A stretch of DNA of 64,000 nucleotides from an uncultured Pelagibacteraceae bacterium. GTDB taxonomy: Bacteria > Pseudomonadota > Alphaproteobacteria > Pelagibacterales > Pelagibacteraceae. A program made the position numbers and the translations under genes. Within the stretch, counting starts at the first letter, position 1. Every line of letters begins with the position of its first letter. Below, piece after piece: positions 27,916-36,908 of the stretch. Below the pieces are notes generated by a model. The model saw only the letters and a list, made by a program, of their open reading frames with translations. It did no database searches and had not been told where the DNA came from. The stretch is taken from positions 37,914 through 101,913 of the forward strand of contig CACJWS010000003.1 in assembly GCA_902596975.1 (NCBI GenBank), in the 5' to 3' direction.

Positions 27916-28504
27916 TTGCCTTCGACCATTTGATTGCATCTTCCATTCTATCATCTCCCCAGAATATTTCATTTTTTACAATAAATGACGGACTTCCAAA
28001 TATTTTATTTTTTCTAGCCTTTTCTGTATTTGATAAATAAATATTATTAACTTCCTCAGAGCTTGCCTCTGAAACAATCTTTTCTTTATCTAAGCTTAGT
28101 TTTTCGCAGATTTCACTCAAGTTGGGTTCAACAGCAGGCTCTTTTCCTTCTTGAAACCATCGTTTATACGTAAGCTGAACGTAATCTACACCCCAATTAT
28201 TTTTTAAACCTAATATTGCAATTTTATTAGCTAAATCAAATTCTGTTAAAGGGTAAGGGACTGGTGTTTTAGCAAAAAATCCATAATTTTTTGCTCGTCT
28301 TTCTATGTCTCTCCACATGTAATCTACTTTATTTTTTTTTTCTTTAGGAAAGGGAACATTGTTCATTTCTTTCATTATTGCTCTCACACTAAAAGGAGTC
28401 CAGTTAAACTTAATTTGATGTTGTTTTTCTGCTTCTAGTGCTCGAGTAACCGAAAGATAAGTATAAGTACTTCCAATAGAAAAATAAAAATCTATGTTGT
28501 TCAC
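27908..28504 (-). CDS. DsbA-fold 2-hydroxychromene-2-carboxylate isomerase / GST-kappa-like protein
   Basis: IDFYFSIGSTYTYL (no CxxC) and FGSPSFIVKNEIFWGDDR motifs. Confidence 0.7.
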   Translation of the reverse strand: MNNIDFYFSIGSTYTYLSVTRALEAEKQHQIKFNWTPFSVRAIMKEMNNVPFPKEKKNKVDYMWRDIERRAKNYGFFAKTPVPYPLTEFDLANKIAILGLKNNWGVDYVQLTYKRWFQEGKEPAVEPNLSEICEKLSLDKEKIVSEASSEEVNNIYLSNTEKARKNKIFGSPSFIVKNEIFWGDDRMEDAIKWSKANE

Positions 28505-28825
28505 TTATTTTGGCATTGGCGTTGCGCCAGTTTCTAAACTAATCATTTTGCCATCTTTGTATTTGTAGACTGCCATAACTGCTTCTACATTACCATCATC
28601 AAATGTTACAAACGCATGGTGAACACCAACTTCATCATTTTCATAAACAATTCTATTTTTATCTTGTTTGATATCACCACTCATTGCCCATTTGATAACA
28701 TCACTTTTAGTTAAAACACTCCCCGATTTATGCATTGTGAATTTAAAATCATCATGCAAAAGTTCATTCATTGCTGCTTCATCTTTATTTTTAATTGCAG
28801 CACTATATTTTTCTAATATTGACAT
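28505..28825 (-). CDS. NTF2-like (SnoaL/DUF4440-like) small protein
   Basis: 106 aa. The pattern AAIKNKDEAAMNELLHDDFKF is typical of NTF2-fold proteins. Zero-nt spacer to the downstream gene. Confidence 0.5.
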   Translation of the reverse strand: MSILEKYSAAIKNKDEAAMNELLHDDFKFTMHKSGSVLTKSDVIKWAMSGDIKQDKNRIVYENDEVGVHHAFVTFDDGNVEAVMAVYKYKDGKMISLETGATPMPK

Positions 28826-28837
28826 TTTTTTTCTCCT

Positions 28838-29128
28838 TTATGCTCCTTTAATTATTAATGTATTTGATACAGTATTATCTAATCTAATCTGTCTGATAGG
28901 TTTATATATTTCTGAATTGTACCACTCAAAAACTTTTTCATAAGATGGGAATTTAATTACAACAGTTCTTGGATATTTCCACTCACCTTCAATGACTTCA
29001 TTTTCGCCACCTCTTATAATGTATTCGCCACCAAACATTTGAGCAGTTGGAGGAGCTTTTTCCAAATACTCTTTGTAATTTTCAGGATTTAACACATTAA
29101 TATTTAATATGATATATCCTGAAGGCAT
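28838..29128 (-). CDS. DUF1330 family protein
   Basis: 96 aa. GYIILNINVLNPENYKEY, FGGEYIIRGG, TVVIKFPSYEKVFEWYNS. Confidence 0.7.
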   Translation of the reverse strand: MPSGYIILNINVLNPENYKEYLEKAPPTAQMFGGEYIIRGGENEVIEGEWKYPRTVVIKFPSYEKVFEWYNSEIYKPIRQIRLDNTVSNTLIIKGA

Positions 29129-29151
29129 TACAAACCTTATTACAAAAATTA

Positions 29152-29442
29152 TTACATATCTACTTTATTTAATTCGTAGACACTGTAACTCTCCATAACT
29201 TCTTTCATAACAGGAGCTGATACTGGATTGCTTCCATCTATAAACGCTTTTAGAGCAGCTTTATCGGTCACAAAAATTTTAAACATTACTGTTTTTTTGT
29301 CAGGTGCAACTGTTCCAATTGTTTTTGATACATTTGCAACTTTCGATCTCTCTGCCATACCAGCATCCGATTGCATAAAGCCCATAAACTTTTCTAGCAT
29401 CCCTTCTTTAAGGTGAGCTACGACTAATGTTTCTGTTTCCAT
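29152..29442 (-). CDS. Hypothetical 96-aa protein (possible divergent DUF1330/ferredoxin-like fold)
   Basis: Clean ORF in an operon context. Weak by-eye similarity to its neighbours (TVMFKIFVTDKAALKAFIDGS versus TVVIKFPSYEKVFEWYNS). Confidence 0.45.
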   Translation of the reverse strand: METETLVVAHLKEGMLEKFMGFMQSDAGMAERSKVANVSKTIGTVAPDKKTVMFKIFVTDKAALKAFIDGSNPVSAPVMKEVMESYSVYELNKVDM

Positions 29443-29469
29443 AATTTATCCTTTCTTTATATTAATTGT

Positions 29470-29760
29470 TTATCCACTAAAATTTTCCATAAAATCTTCA
29501 TGCATTGGTGTAACCTTTGCTGAATCTAAATCCACACCTGCTTCAGCTCTTGCTGCATGAAGTTCTTTGTCATTTTTAAATGCTTCAAAACCTTGCATGG
29601 TTGCATACTTAACGATTACAGTAAATTTTGAAGGGTCTTCTTTAGATACACCCGCAAAAATAATAGTAGCACCAAATCCTTTAATTTTTTCAGCATTCGC
29701 CTTTACCATATTCATCCAAGATGAAAATGATTTTATATTTTCTTCTATTTTTATGATCAT
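29470..29760 (-). CDS. Hypothetical 96-aa protein (possible divergent DUF1330/ferredoxin-like fold)
   Basis: FGATIIFAGV and FTVIVKYATMQGFEAFKND resemble the DUF1330 segments FGGEYIIRGG and TVVIKFPSYEKVFEWYNS. Confidence 0.45.
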   Translation of the reverse strand: MIIKIEENIKSFSSWMNMVKANAEKIKGFGATIIFAGVSKEDPSKFTVIVKYATMQGFEAFKNDKELHAARAEAGVDLDSAKVTPMHEDFMENFSG

Positions 29761-29773
29761 TTCTTTTTCCTTT

Positions 29774-30172
29774 TTATTTTACCGGTGTCATAATTTTCTG
29801 TCCTTCGACACCAATTGCAACTACAATCGCTTTAACTGGAACATTTCCAATATTTTTCGACTCGTGTACAATTCCAACATCTTCAACAAATGCATCACCA
29901 GCTTTGAATACTTGGGTTTTTCCTTCATGAATTAATTCAATTTCACCTTGCTGAATCATTATTAGAACTGGAAATGAGTGCGTATGAGGAGTTACTGGAG
30001 CTCCTACAGGTACAGTAAATTCAAAAGCTGTTATCTTTGCTTTTCCAGTAGGGTATACAATATCATTTCCCATTCCTGTTTGACTTGTTGATATAATTCT
30101 CTTTACATGGCTATCTGCGTAAACATTAGCTGTAAATAAACTTAAAATTAAAATAAAATATAATTTTTTCAT
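29774..30172 (-). CDS. Secreted cupin-domain protein
   Basis: Signal peptide MKKLYFILILSLFTANVYA. Cupin motifs PHTHSFPVLIMIQQGE and GIVHESKN. Confidence 0.75.
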   Translation of the reverse strand: MKKLYFILILSLFTANVYADSHVKRIISTSQTGMGNDIVYPTGKAKITAFEFTVPVGAPVTPHTHSFPVLIMIQQGEIELIHEGKTQVFKAGDAFVEDVGIVHESKNIGNVPVKAIVVAIGVEGQKIMTPVK

Positions 30173-30178
30173 AAACTC

Positions 30179-30553
30179 TTACTTCTTAATTGCATTGAAC
30201 ATGCTTAGTGTGTCATCAAACGCAATAAATAATGTCAGTTTACCATCATCGCCTACTTCAAAATAATGACCAAAAATAGTATCCATGCCATCTGCCTTAG
30301 CAGTTGCTTTAACAAACACTTTATTCCCCTCACTAATCATCATATCAGGGGTTACTGAAAAATTACTCCAAAGATTTGGAACTTGCATCATGGTTTTCAT
30401 ATATGCCTCTTTGCCTTTATGAGTTCCTGACATTGGATGCTTATCCCCAGGATAAATCCAAGTGATATCATCATGTACCATTTCCATAAATCCCTCCATA
30501 TCTCCTTTGCCAAAAAGTTCATATCCTTTTTTAACTACTTCTTTTGCGTCCAT
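30179..30553 (-). CDS. SnoaL-like / ketosteroid-isomerase-like NTF2-fold protein
   Basis: 124 aa. VVKKGYELFGKGDMEGFMEMVHDDITW is the typical N-terminal helix pattern. Confidence 0.65.
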   Translation of the reverse strand: MDAKEVVKKGYELFGKGDMEGFMEMVHDDITWIYPGDKHPMSGTHKGKEAYMKTMMQVPNLWSNFSVTPDMMISEGNKVFVKATAKADGMDTIFGHYFEVGDDGKLTLFIAFDDTLSMFNAIKK

Positions 30554-30635
30554 AAAATTTCCTTAATTTTTTAATTATTATTATTTATTGTAAGTTAAAA
30601 ATGTAATGGTTTTATTACAGTGCTGATATGCGTTA

Positions 30636-31637
30636 TTATATCCAATCGGGATAAGGCAAACCTTTTTCAATTAAAAAAGGTTTATTAAACATCTTTGAGT
30701 TGTATCTGTCTGATTTGTCGCAAAGAATAGTGACAATAGTTTTTCCTGGTCCTAATTTTTTACCCAATCTTATTGCGCCTGCAATATTTACTCCACAACT
30801 TGTTCCAAGACTTAAACCTTCATTTTTGATTAAATCATATAGTATTGGCAAAGACTCTTTATCTTCAATTGAAAAGGCTCCATCTATTTTTGCTTCTGCA
30901 AAATTAGCAGTTACTCTGCTGGATCCAATGCCTTCAGTTATTGATCCACCTTCAGCTTTTAACTCACCGTTTTCAATGTGATTGTAAAGAGAGGATCCCT
31001 TTGGATCTGATAGATAAATTTTTACATCTTTATTTTTTTCTTTTAAAAAACTACTTACTCCACCAATTGTTCCCCCAGTTCCAGAAGAACATACAAATCC
31101 ATCAACTTTACCTTCAGTTTGTTCCCATATCTCAGGACCCGTTGTATTATAGTGACCTTTTGAGTTTGCTGTATTATCAAATTGATTTGCCCAAACAACT
31201 CCGTGATTATTTGAACTTTTTAGGTCTTCAGCCATTCTAGCAGCAACTTTAACAAAGTTATTTTCATCTTTATAAGGTTTTGGTGGAACTAATTTTAAAT
31301 CTGCACCAATATTTCTTAATGTATCTTTTTTTTCTTGAGTTTGATTATCATTCATTACAATAATCGTTTTGTAACCAAGTGAATTTCCAATAAGGCATAA
31401 ACCAATGCCAGTGTTTCCTGCAGTTCCTTCTACAATTATTCCACCTTTAGATATTAATTTTTTTTGTTCAGCATCCCTTATTAAAGCAAGTGCTGCTCTG
31501 TCTTTTACAGATCCTCCTGGATTTAAATATTCGGCTTTACCATAAATGTTACAGCCAGTTATTTCAGATGCAGCTTTCAGTTTTATTAAAGGAGTATTTC
31601 CAATTGATTGGATAAAATCATCCTTGTAATTTTTCAT
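30636..31637 (-). CDS. cysK: Cysteine synthase / cystathionine beta-synthase family PLP enzyme
   Basis: GGSVKDRAA (PLP lysine), GTAGNTGIGL, SSGTGGTIGG. Confidence 0.8.
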   Translation of the reverse strand: MKNYKDDFIQSIGNTPLIKLKAASEITGCNIYGKAEYLNPGGSVKDRAALALIRDAEQKKLISKGGIIVEGTAGNTGIGLCLIGNSLGYKTIIVMNDNQTQEKKDTLRNIGADLKLVPPKPYKDENNFVKVAARMAEDLKSSNNHGVVWANQFDNTANSKGHYNTTGPEIWEQTEGKVDGFVCSSGTGGTIGGVSSFLKEKNKDVKIYLSDPKGSSLYNHIENGELKAEGGSITEGIGSSRVTANFAEAKIDGAFSIEDKESLPILYDLIKNEGLSLGTSCGVNIAGAIRLGKKLGPGKTIVTILCDKSDRYNSKMFNKPFLIEKGLPYPDWI

Positions 31638-32212
31638 TATTCTTTTTCCTCATTGCCATTTGTAACAGCATAAGGTTTAAATTCTTCAGTTGCTGTTCCA
31701 ACATTCTTAGCAGGTATTCCTACCATAACAGCATTTTCAGGAACATTTTTTGTTACAACTGCATTAGCACCAATTCTTGCATTTTTCCCTACAACTACAG
31801 GCCCCAAAATTTGTGCCCCTGAACCAACAACAACATTATCATGAAGAGTAGGGTGTCTTTTAATTTCTCTTTGATCATTGGAATTTATGCTTGGAGATAT
31901 TCCACCTAAAGTAACCATATGATAAATTGTTACGTTATCTGCAATGTCAGATGTTTCACCTATAACGACGCCCATACCGTGATCAATAAATAAATTTTTA
32001 CCTATCTTAGCTCTTGGATGAATTTCAATACCAGTTAAAAATCTTGAAAATTGAGAAATTATTCTTGCGATAAGATCGAATTTTGCAGTAGCAAAAAAAT
32101 TTGCAATTCTGTGAAAAAATACAGCCTTAACGCCAGGGTACGTTAATATTACACTTAACTTAGATCTTGCCGCTGGATCCCTATCAATAATTGATTGCAA
32201 ATAGTCATTCAT
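31637..32212 (-). CDS. cysE: Serine O-acetyltransferase
   Basis: [24 protein letters not shown] hexapeptide repeats. Stop overlaps the cysK start by 1 nt. Confidence 0.85.
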   Translation of the reverse strand: MNDYLQSIIDRDPAARSKLSVILTYPGVKAVFFHRIANFFATAKFDLIARIISQFSRFLTGIEIHPRAKIGKNLFIDHGMGVVIGETSDIADNVTIYHMVTLGGISPSINSNDQREIKRHPTLHDNVVVGSGAQILGPVVVGKNARIGANAVVTKNVPENAVMVGIPAKNVGTATEEFKPYAVTNGNEEKE

Positions 32213-32249
32213 AGACTGCCTATATAGTTATTAATGTTGAAATTTAAAG

Positions 32250-32945
32250 TTAATTAATATTGTCTAAAGTAAGCCCTTTTACATTAGCAGGCACTGCGAC
32301 ATCCATCATTTTTGGATTTGCAAGATTTAGATTATTCATTATGTCTGCGTATTCTTCTTTTGAACTTACTTGTAATCTTGGATTATTATTTTTTTCATTT
32401 TCGATAGTGGAAAATTTCTTGCCATTATAATCATGAGCTGGAAATACGAGAGTTTTTTCGGGTAATTTTAATAATTTATTAAATATAGAATCATAAGCAT
32501 CGTAAGCATTACCATTTTGAAAATCTGTTCTACCACTTCCATTTATTAAAAGTGTATCTCCAGTAAAAACTCTATCATTCATCAAAAAACTATAAGAGCA
32601 GTCAGTATGACCAGGAGTATAAATTGCTTGAAGTTCAACTTCTTCAACTTTAATTTTTTCACCATCTTTAATTCTTAGATCTATCACTTCTGATTTAGAT
32701 TTTTCTCCCATAACTCTTATACAGTTTGTTCTTTTATTTAATTCATTTAATGCTGAGATGTGATCAGCATGAATGTGAGTATCAATTACTTTTACAAGTT
32801 TAAGATCTAAATTATTTAATATAGTTGAATACTCATCAGAATGTTCAATGACTGGATCAATTATTAATGCTTCTCTACCTTCACCACTTGCAATTATATA
32901 AGTGTATGTAGAAGATTTTTGATCGAAAAGTTGTTCAAATATCAT
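32250..32945 (-). CDS. Persulfide dioxygenase (ETHE1-type metallo-beta-lactamase fold)
   Basis: FEQLFDQKSSTYTYII, THIHADH, TPGHTD, GDTLLINGSGRTDF, PAHDYNG...NPRL. Confidence 0.85.
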   Translation of the reverse strand: MIFEQLFDQKSSTYTYIIASGEGREALIIDPVIEHSDEYSTILNNLDLKLVKVIDTHIHADHISALNELNKRTNCIRVMGEKSKSEVIDLRIKDGEKIKVEEVELQAIYTPGHTDCSYSFLMNDRVFTGDTLLINGSGRTDFQNGNAYDAYDSIFNKLLKLPEKTLVFPAHDYNGKKFSTIENEKNNNPRLQVSSKEEYADIMNNLNLANPKMMDVAVPANVKGLTLDNIN

Positions 32946-33019
32946 AAATACTTAACTTTATAAAAGTTTGCTTAGTAAAACAATCTTTCATATAATATTT
33001 TTTTTATAAGGAGGAGACA

Positions 33020-33679
33020 ATGTTAAAAATAAATAGTATGTGTCCTGATTTTCAAGCTAAAACAACTGAAGGAGATATTTCTTTTCACGAATGGTTAGGT
33101 GATAGTTGGGGAGTTATTTTTTCACACCCTAAAGATTTTACACCAGTTTGTACTACAGAACTTGGTGCTTTAGGATTAATGAAAGATGAATTCGATAAAA
33201 GAAATGTCAAAGTAATTGGTTTAAGCGTTGATGGGGTAGAGGATCATAAAAAATGGCTAGATGATATTAAAGATGTATCTGGTACAAAACCAAATTATCC
33301 AATTATTGCTGATGAAGATTTAAAAGTAGCAAAATTGTTTAATATGTTGGAGGGTGATGCCGGCACAACGTCAATGGGTAGAACTGCAGTTGATAATGAA
33401 ACTGTAAGAACTATTTTTGTAATCAGACCTGATAAGAGAATTGGATTATATCTTACATATCCTATGGCAACTGGAAGAAACTTTTTAGAGATTTTGCGTG
33501 CAATAGACTCTATGCAGCTAACAGCTAAACATAAAGTAGCTACTCCTGCTAATTGGAAAAAGGGAGAGGATGTTGTTATTTTGCCAGCGATTAAAGATGA
33601 TGAAGCTAAAAAAATATATCCAGATGGATGGGAAACTGTAAAACCTTATCTAAGAAAGGTTCCAGATCCTTCTAAGTAA
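33020..33679 (+). CDS. 1-Cys peroxiredoxin (Prx6 type)
   Basis: HPKDFTPVCTTE active site, 219 aa. Strong AAGGAGGAG RBS. Confidence 0.9.
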   Translation: MLKINSMCPDFQAKTTEGDISFHEWLGDSWGVIFSHPKDFTPVCTTELGALGLMKDEFDKRNVKVIGLSVDGVEDHKKWLDDIKDVSGTKPNYPIIADEDLKVAKLFNMLEGDAGTTSMGRTAVDNETVRTIFVIRPDKRIGLYLTYPMATGRNFLEILRAIDSMQLTAKHKVATPANWKKGEDVVILPAIKDDEAKKIYPDGWETVKPYLRKVPDPSK

Positions 33680-33680
33680 A

Positions 33681-34334
33681 TTGGATAAAAATATTTTAAA
33701 CCGACAATCTCAGCATTGGGAAACTAATTTCTCAAATAAGCCTGAGATGTTTGGTTTAGAACCAAGTTTACCTGCAAAAAAAGCTTTAAATATTTTCAAA
33801 GAAAATAATTATTCTAAAATTGTTGAGCTAGGAGCAGGTCTAGGAAGAGATAGCATTTACTTTGGAAAGAATTCGATAAATGTGACAGCATTAGACTATA
33901 GTGAAAATGGAATTAAAATTATCAATGAAAAAATAAAAAAAGAAAATTTAACATCTTCAATTTCAACATTAAAATTTGACATAAGAGAAGACTTACCATT
34001 TGAAACTAATTCAGTTGACGCTTGTTATTCACATATGCTTTATTGCATGGCTTTAACCCAGAAAGATTTGGACAAACTTAATAGCGAAATTCATAGAATT
34101 TTAAAACCTGGAGGATTAAATATTTACACAGTCAGAAATACTGATGATGGAGACTATAAAAAAGGAATTCATAGAGGAGAAGATCTATACGAAATAGATG
34201 GTTTTATTATTCATTTTTTTTCTAAAGATAAAATACTGAATTTAACAAATGGATTTAAAAACTTAAATATTGAGTATTTTGAAGAAGGATCATTTCCAAG
34301 AAAATTATATTTTATTTGTAATAAAAAAAATTGA
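33681..34334 (+). CDS. Class I SAM-dependent methyltransferase
   Basis: VELGAGLGRD motif I and LKPGG post-I/III motif. TTG start 1 nt after the upstream stop. Confidence 0.7.
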   Translation: MDKNILNRQSQHWETNFSNKPEMFGLEPSLPAKKALNIFKENNYSKIVELGAGLGRDSIYFGKNSINVTALDYSENGIKIINEKIKKENLTSSISTLKFDIREDLPFETNSVDACYSHMLYCMALTQKDLDKLNSEIHRILKPGGLNIYTVRNTDDGDYKKGIHRGEDLYEIDGFIIHFFSKDKILNLTNGFKNLNIEYFEEGSFPRKLYFICNKKN

Positions 34335-34336
34335 AT

Positions 34337-35038
34337 TTACTTTAAATTTTTATATTTTTTCATGCAAACTTGAGCTAACAAAAGATTTGGATCAACAAAT
34401 ATTTTAGAGTCTTTTGCTTTTTTAAATGATTTGTATGAAAAAATAGCTATTGGTAGTTCAGTACAACCAAGAATTATTTTTTTACATTTTTTTTTCATTA
34501 AAAATTTAACTGCTGGTCTTAAAGCTTTTTCAGCATCTTTTACTTTACCTTTTTTTACATATTTAATAGCAGTATTTACTGAACTTTTTTGCAATCTTTC
34601 ACTTGGACTTATCAAATTATAATTTTTTTCAAAATACTTATGATAGATTTTTGTGTCTAAAGTAGCTTCAGTGCTTAATAATCCAATAGTTGAATTTTTC
34701 TTAAATTGTTTTTGTGTATTTAAATATACCTCTTTTGGCATACTTAGAAATGGCACGTTTATTTTTTTTTGAATATCTTCATGCCAGTAATGTGCTGTGT
34801 TACAAGGCATTACAATAAACTTGCATTTATTTTTTTCCAGCATTCGACAACCAGCAATTAATTCTTTTAAAACATTTTTGTATTGCTTTAAATTCTCTGC
34901 TCTTCGCGGTGTATTTGATTTATTATAAAGGACAAACATTGGATATTTTTGATCTAATTTTCCTCTGTTTAATTTTGCTAGCTTGTCACAAAAGTCTAAG
35001 CCCGCTTGAGTTCCCATGCCACCTAATATTCCAATCAT
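34337..35038 (-). CDS. Aspartate/glutamate/hydantoin racemase family protein (aspartate racemase-like)
   Basis: GILGGMG N-terminus and two catalytic-Cys motifs, MPCNTAH and GCTELP. Confidence 0.8.
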   Translation of the reverse strand: MIGILGGMGTQAGLDFCDKLAKLNRGKLDQKYPMFVLYNKSNTPRRAENLKQYKNVLKELIAGCRMLEKNKCKFIVMPCNTAHYWHEDIQKKINVPFLSMPKEVYLNTQKQFKKNSTIGLLSTEATLDTKIYHKYFEKNYNLISPSERLQKSSVNTAIKYVKKGKVKDAEKALRPAVKFLMKKKCKKIILGCTELPIAIFSYKSFKKAKDSKIFVDPNLLLAQVCMKKYKNLK

Positions 35039-35112
35039 AATTTAAATAATATCTTCTATATTAAAATTCAAAACATCTATATAGATATTTAAATAACAGC
35101 ATAAATATATTA

Positions 35113-36291
35113 TTGCTAAATATGAACAGAAATTTATCCTTGCTTACGTTAAGTCAGATATTTGGTTTTACTACAGCAACAATAACTGTATTTCTTAGCG
35201 GAATAGTTGGTTCTCAAATTAGCTCAAATCAATCTTTATCAACCTTACCAACTGCTTTATTCGTAGTTGGAACAGCAAGTTTTACTGTCTTAGCTGCAAA
35301 TATTATGAGTAAAATTGGAAGAAGAAATGGTTTTGTATTTGCGGCTATCGGAAGTTCTTGTTCAGCACTACTTGCTGCTTTTGCTATCAGTCAGAAAAGT
35401 TTTAATTTATTTTGTTTATCTTGCTTAATTCTTGGAATGGGCGCTGCATTTAATCATCAATATAGATTTGCAGCAGCTGAAAGTGTTGAAAAAGAAAAAA
35501 TACCAAAAGCAGTTTCTACTCTTCTGTTGGCAGGAATTGTTTCTGCATTTTTAGGTATAACTCTTGCAAATTACACTAAAGATTTAATTCAAGATCAATT
35601 GTATGTTGGTTCTTATCTTTTGCTATCTTTACTATCTTTTATGCCTGGAGTTTTTTTATTTTTTTTTAAAAATGTAGAAAATGTTCAGGAGGATAGTCTA
35701 AAGGAAGGAAATGTAAGAAATCTAAAATCTATAGTATTACAACCAAGATTTTTACAAGCAATTACTGCAGCTGCTTTTGCTTATGCAGTAATGTCATTTT
35801 TAATGACAGCAACTCCTTTAAGTATGCATGTTATGGAAAATATGAGCTTAAAAGAAACTGGTGTGGTTTTACAATTTCATGTGGTTGCAATGTTTTTACC
35901 TTCGCTAATAACAGGTAATTTAATAAAAAAATATGGACACAGTGCAATAATTTATGGTGGAGTTTTATTTTTTTTTATTACAGTTCTTTTAAGTTTATTT
36001 GAACAGACATATCTTAATTATATGCTCTCATTAATTTTTTTAGGTCTCGGTTGGAATTTTTTATTTATATCAGGTACCAGCTTAGTGGTTTTGACTTACA
36101 ACAAAGAAGAAAAATTTAAAGTGCAAGGGATAAATGACTTAATTGTTTTTTCAACTATGGCTTTGGCCAGTTTATCTGCTGGAATTTTACTAAATTCTAT
36201 TGGATGGAAAATAATGAATATTATTTGTATACCTTTTTTAATATTAATTATTTTAGTAAGTTTTGTTGCTGATAAAAAATCAGTTTCTTAA
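35113..36291 (+). CDS. MFS transporter
   Basis: 392 aa, about 12 TM in two six-helix halves. Confidence 0.75.
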   Translation: MLNMNRNLSLLTLSQIFGFTTATITVFLSGIVGSQISSNQSLSTLPTALFVVGTASFTVLAANIMSKIGRRNGFVFAAIGSSCSALLAAFAISQKSFNLFCLSCLILGMGAAFNHQYRFAAAESVEKEKIPKAVSTLLLAGIVSAFLGITLANYTKDLIQDQLYVGSYLLLSLLSFMPGVFLFFFKNVENVQEDSLKEGNVRNLKSIVLQPRFLQAITAAAFAYAVMSFLMTATPLSMHVMENMSLKETGVVLQFHVVAMFLPSLITGNLIKKYGHSAIIYGGVLFFFITVLLSLFEQTYLNYMLSLIFLGLGWNFLFISGTSLVVLTYNKEEKFKVQGINDLIVFSTMALASLSAGILLNSIGWKIMNIICIPFLILIILVSFVADKKSVS

Positions 36292-36293
36292 AC

Positions 36294-36908
36294 ATGTCTT
36301 TCCTTTTTTTAGGTTTTTTGACGGGCTTAACATTAATTTTTGCAATAGGACCTCAAAATGTTTTTGTAATAGAGCAAGGACTAAAGAAACAATATATATT
36401 TTTAGTTTGCTTAGTCTGTGCATTATCTGATTTGATTTTAATTTTCTTAGGTATCTTTTTATTTAATTATTTTTCTAATTATTTTAATAATGTAGTGGAG
36501 CTGATTTTAAATATACTTTTAATTATTTTTTTATCTTTTTTTATTTATGGAAAAATTAAAGAAATATTTAAATTTAAATCTTTAGAATTCAAAAATAATG
36601 TCGTAGCGCAGAGCTCATTTAATATCTTTATTAAGACCTTAGGTTTTACATATTTAAATCCTCACGTATATTCTGATACAGTATTTTTTTTAGGAAATTT
36701 CTCAAAATCCTTTAATATTGAAAACAAAATTTACTTTGGAATAGGCGCTTCTATAGCTTCTTTTTTATTTTTCTTTTCTTTAGGATACTTATCTAAGATT
36801 TTTTCAGACAAATTAAATAATAGAAGCTTTTGGAAATACATAAATATTTTTATTATAATATTTATGTCAGGTATAGTTTTTTACATTATTAGAGATATTA
36901 TTTATTAA
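36294..36908 (+). CDS. LysE/ArgO family amino-acid exporter
   Basis: 204 aa. GPQNVFVIEQG N-terminal motif typical of LysE/ArgO. Confidence 0.75.
   Translation: MSFLFLGFLTGLTLIFAIGPQNVFVIEQGLKKQYIFLVCLVCALSDLILIFLGIFLFNYFSNYFNNVVELILNILLIIFLSFFIYGKIKEIFKFKSLEFKNNVVAQSSFNIFIKTLGFTYLNPHVYSDTVFFLGNFSKSFNIENKIYFGIGASIASFLFFFSLGYLSKIFSDKLNNRSFWKYINIFIIIFMSGIVFYIIRDIIY

Noticed and set aside
27916-27972. N-terminal extensions offered by the ORF track: 27916-27972 (SMR), 37558-37665 (HAD-like), 40734-40748 (SBP), 41935-41961 (MetE-like), 43819-43878 (tandem SnoaL), 25248-25262 (dctQ), 20904-20915 (DUF924).
   Set aside because: The extensions overlap the upstream gene or a hairpin, add non-homologous residues ahead of a recognisable family N-terminus or signal peptide, and in several cases the internal ATG has the better RBS or a typical stop/start overlap.
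27916-28000. A guanidine-type (ykkC or mini-ykkC) riboswitch upstream of the SMR gene pair.
   Set aside because: There is no non-coding leader, because the SMR start overlaps the preceding coding sequence by 8 nt. I see no paired GC hairpins with ACGR loops in the 80 nt upstream.
30565-30625. A possible terminator after cysK (tgtaat-aaaacc-attaca followed by ttttt on the minus strand).
   Set aside because: The stem is only 6 bp and entirely A/T, too weak to call. It may still mark the boundary between the cys operon and the small-gene string.
35075-35086. Other short AT-rich palindromes in divergent spacers, such as ATCTATATAGAT at 35075-35086 and aagtcgactt near 26314.
   Set aside because: They are short, compositionally trivial in this background, and not repeated elsewhere in the window.
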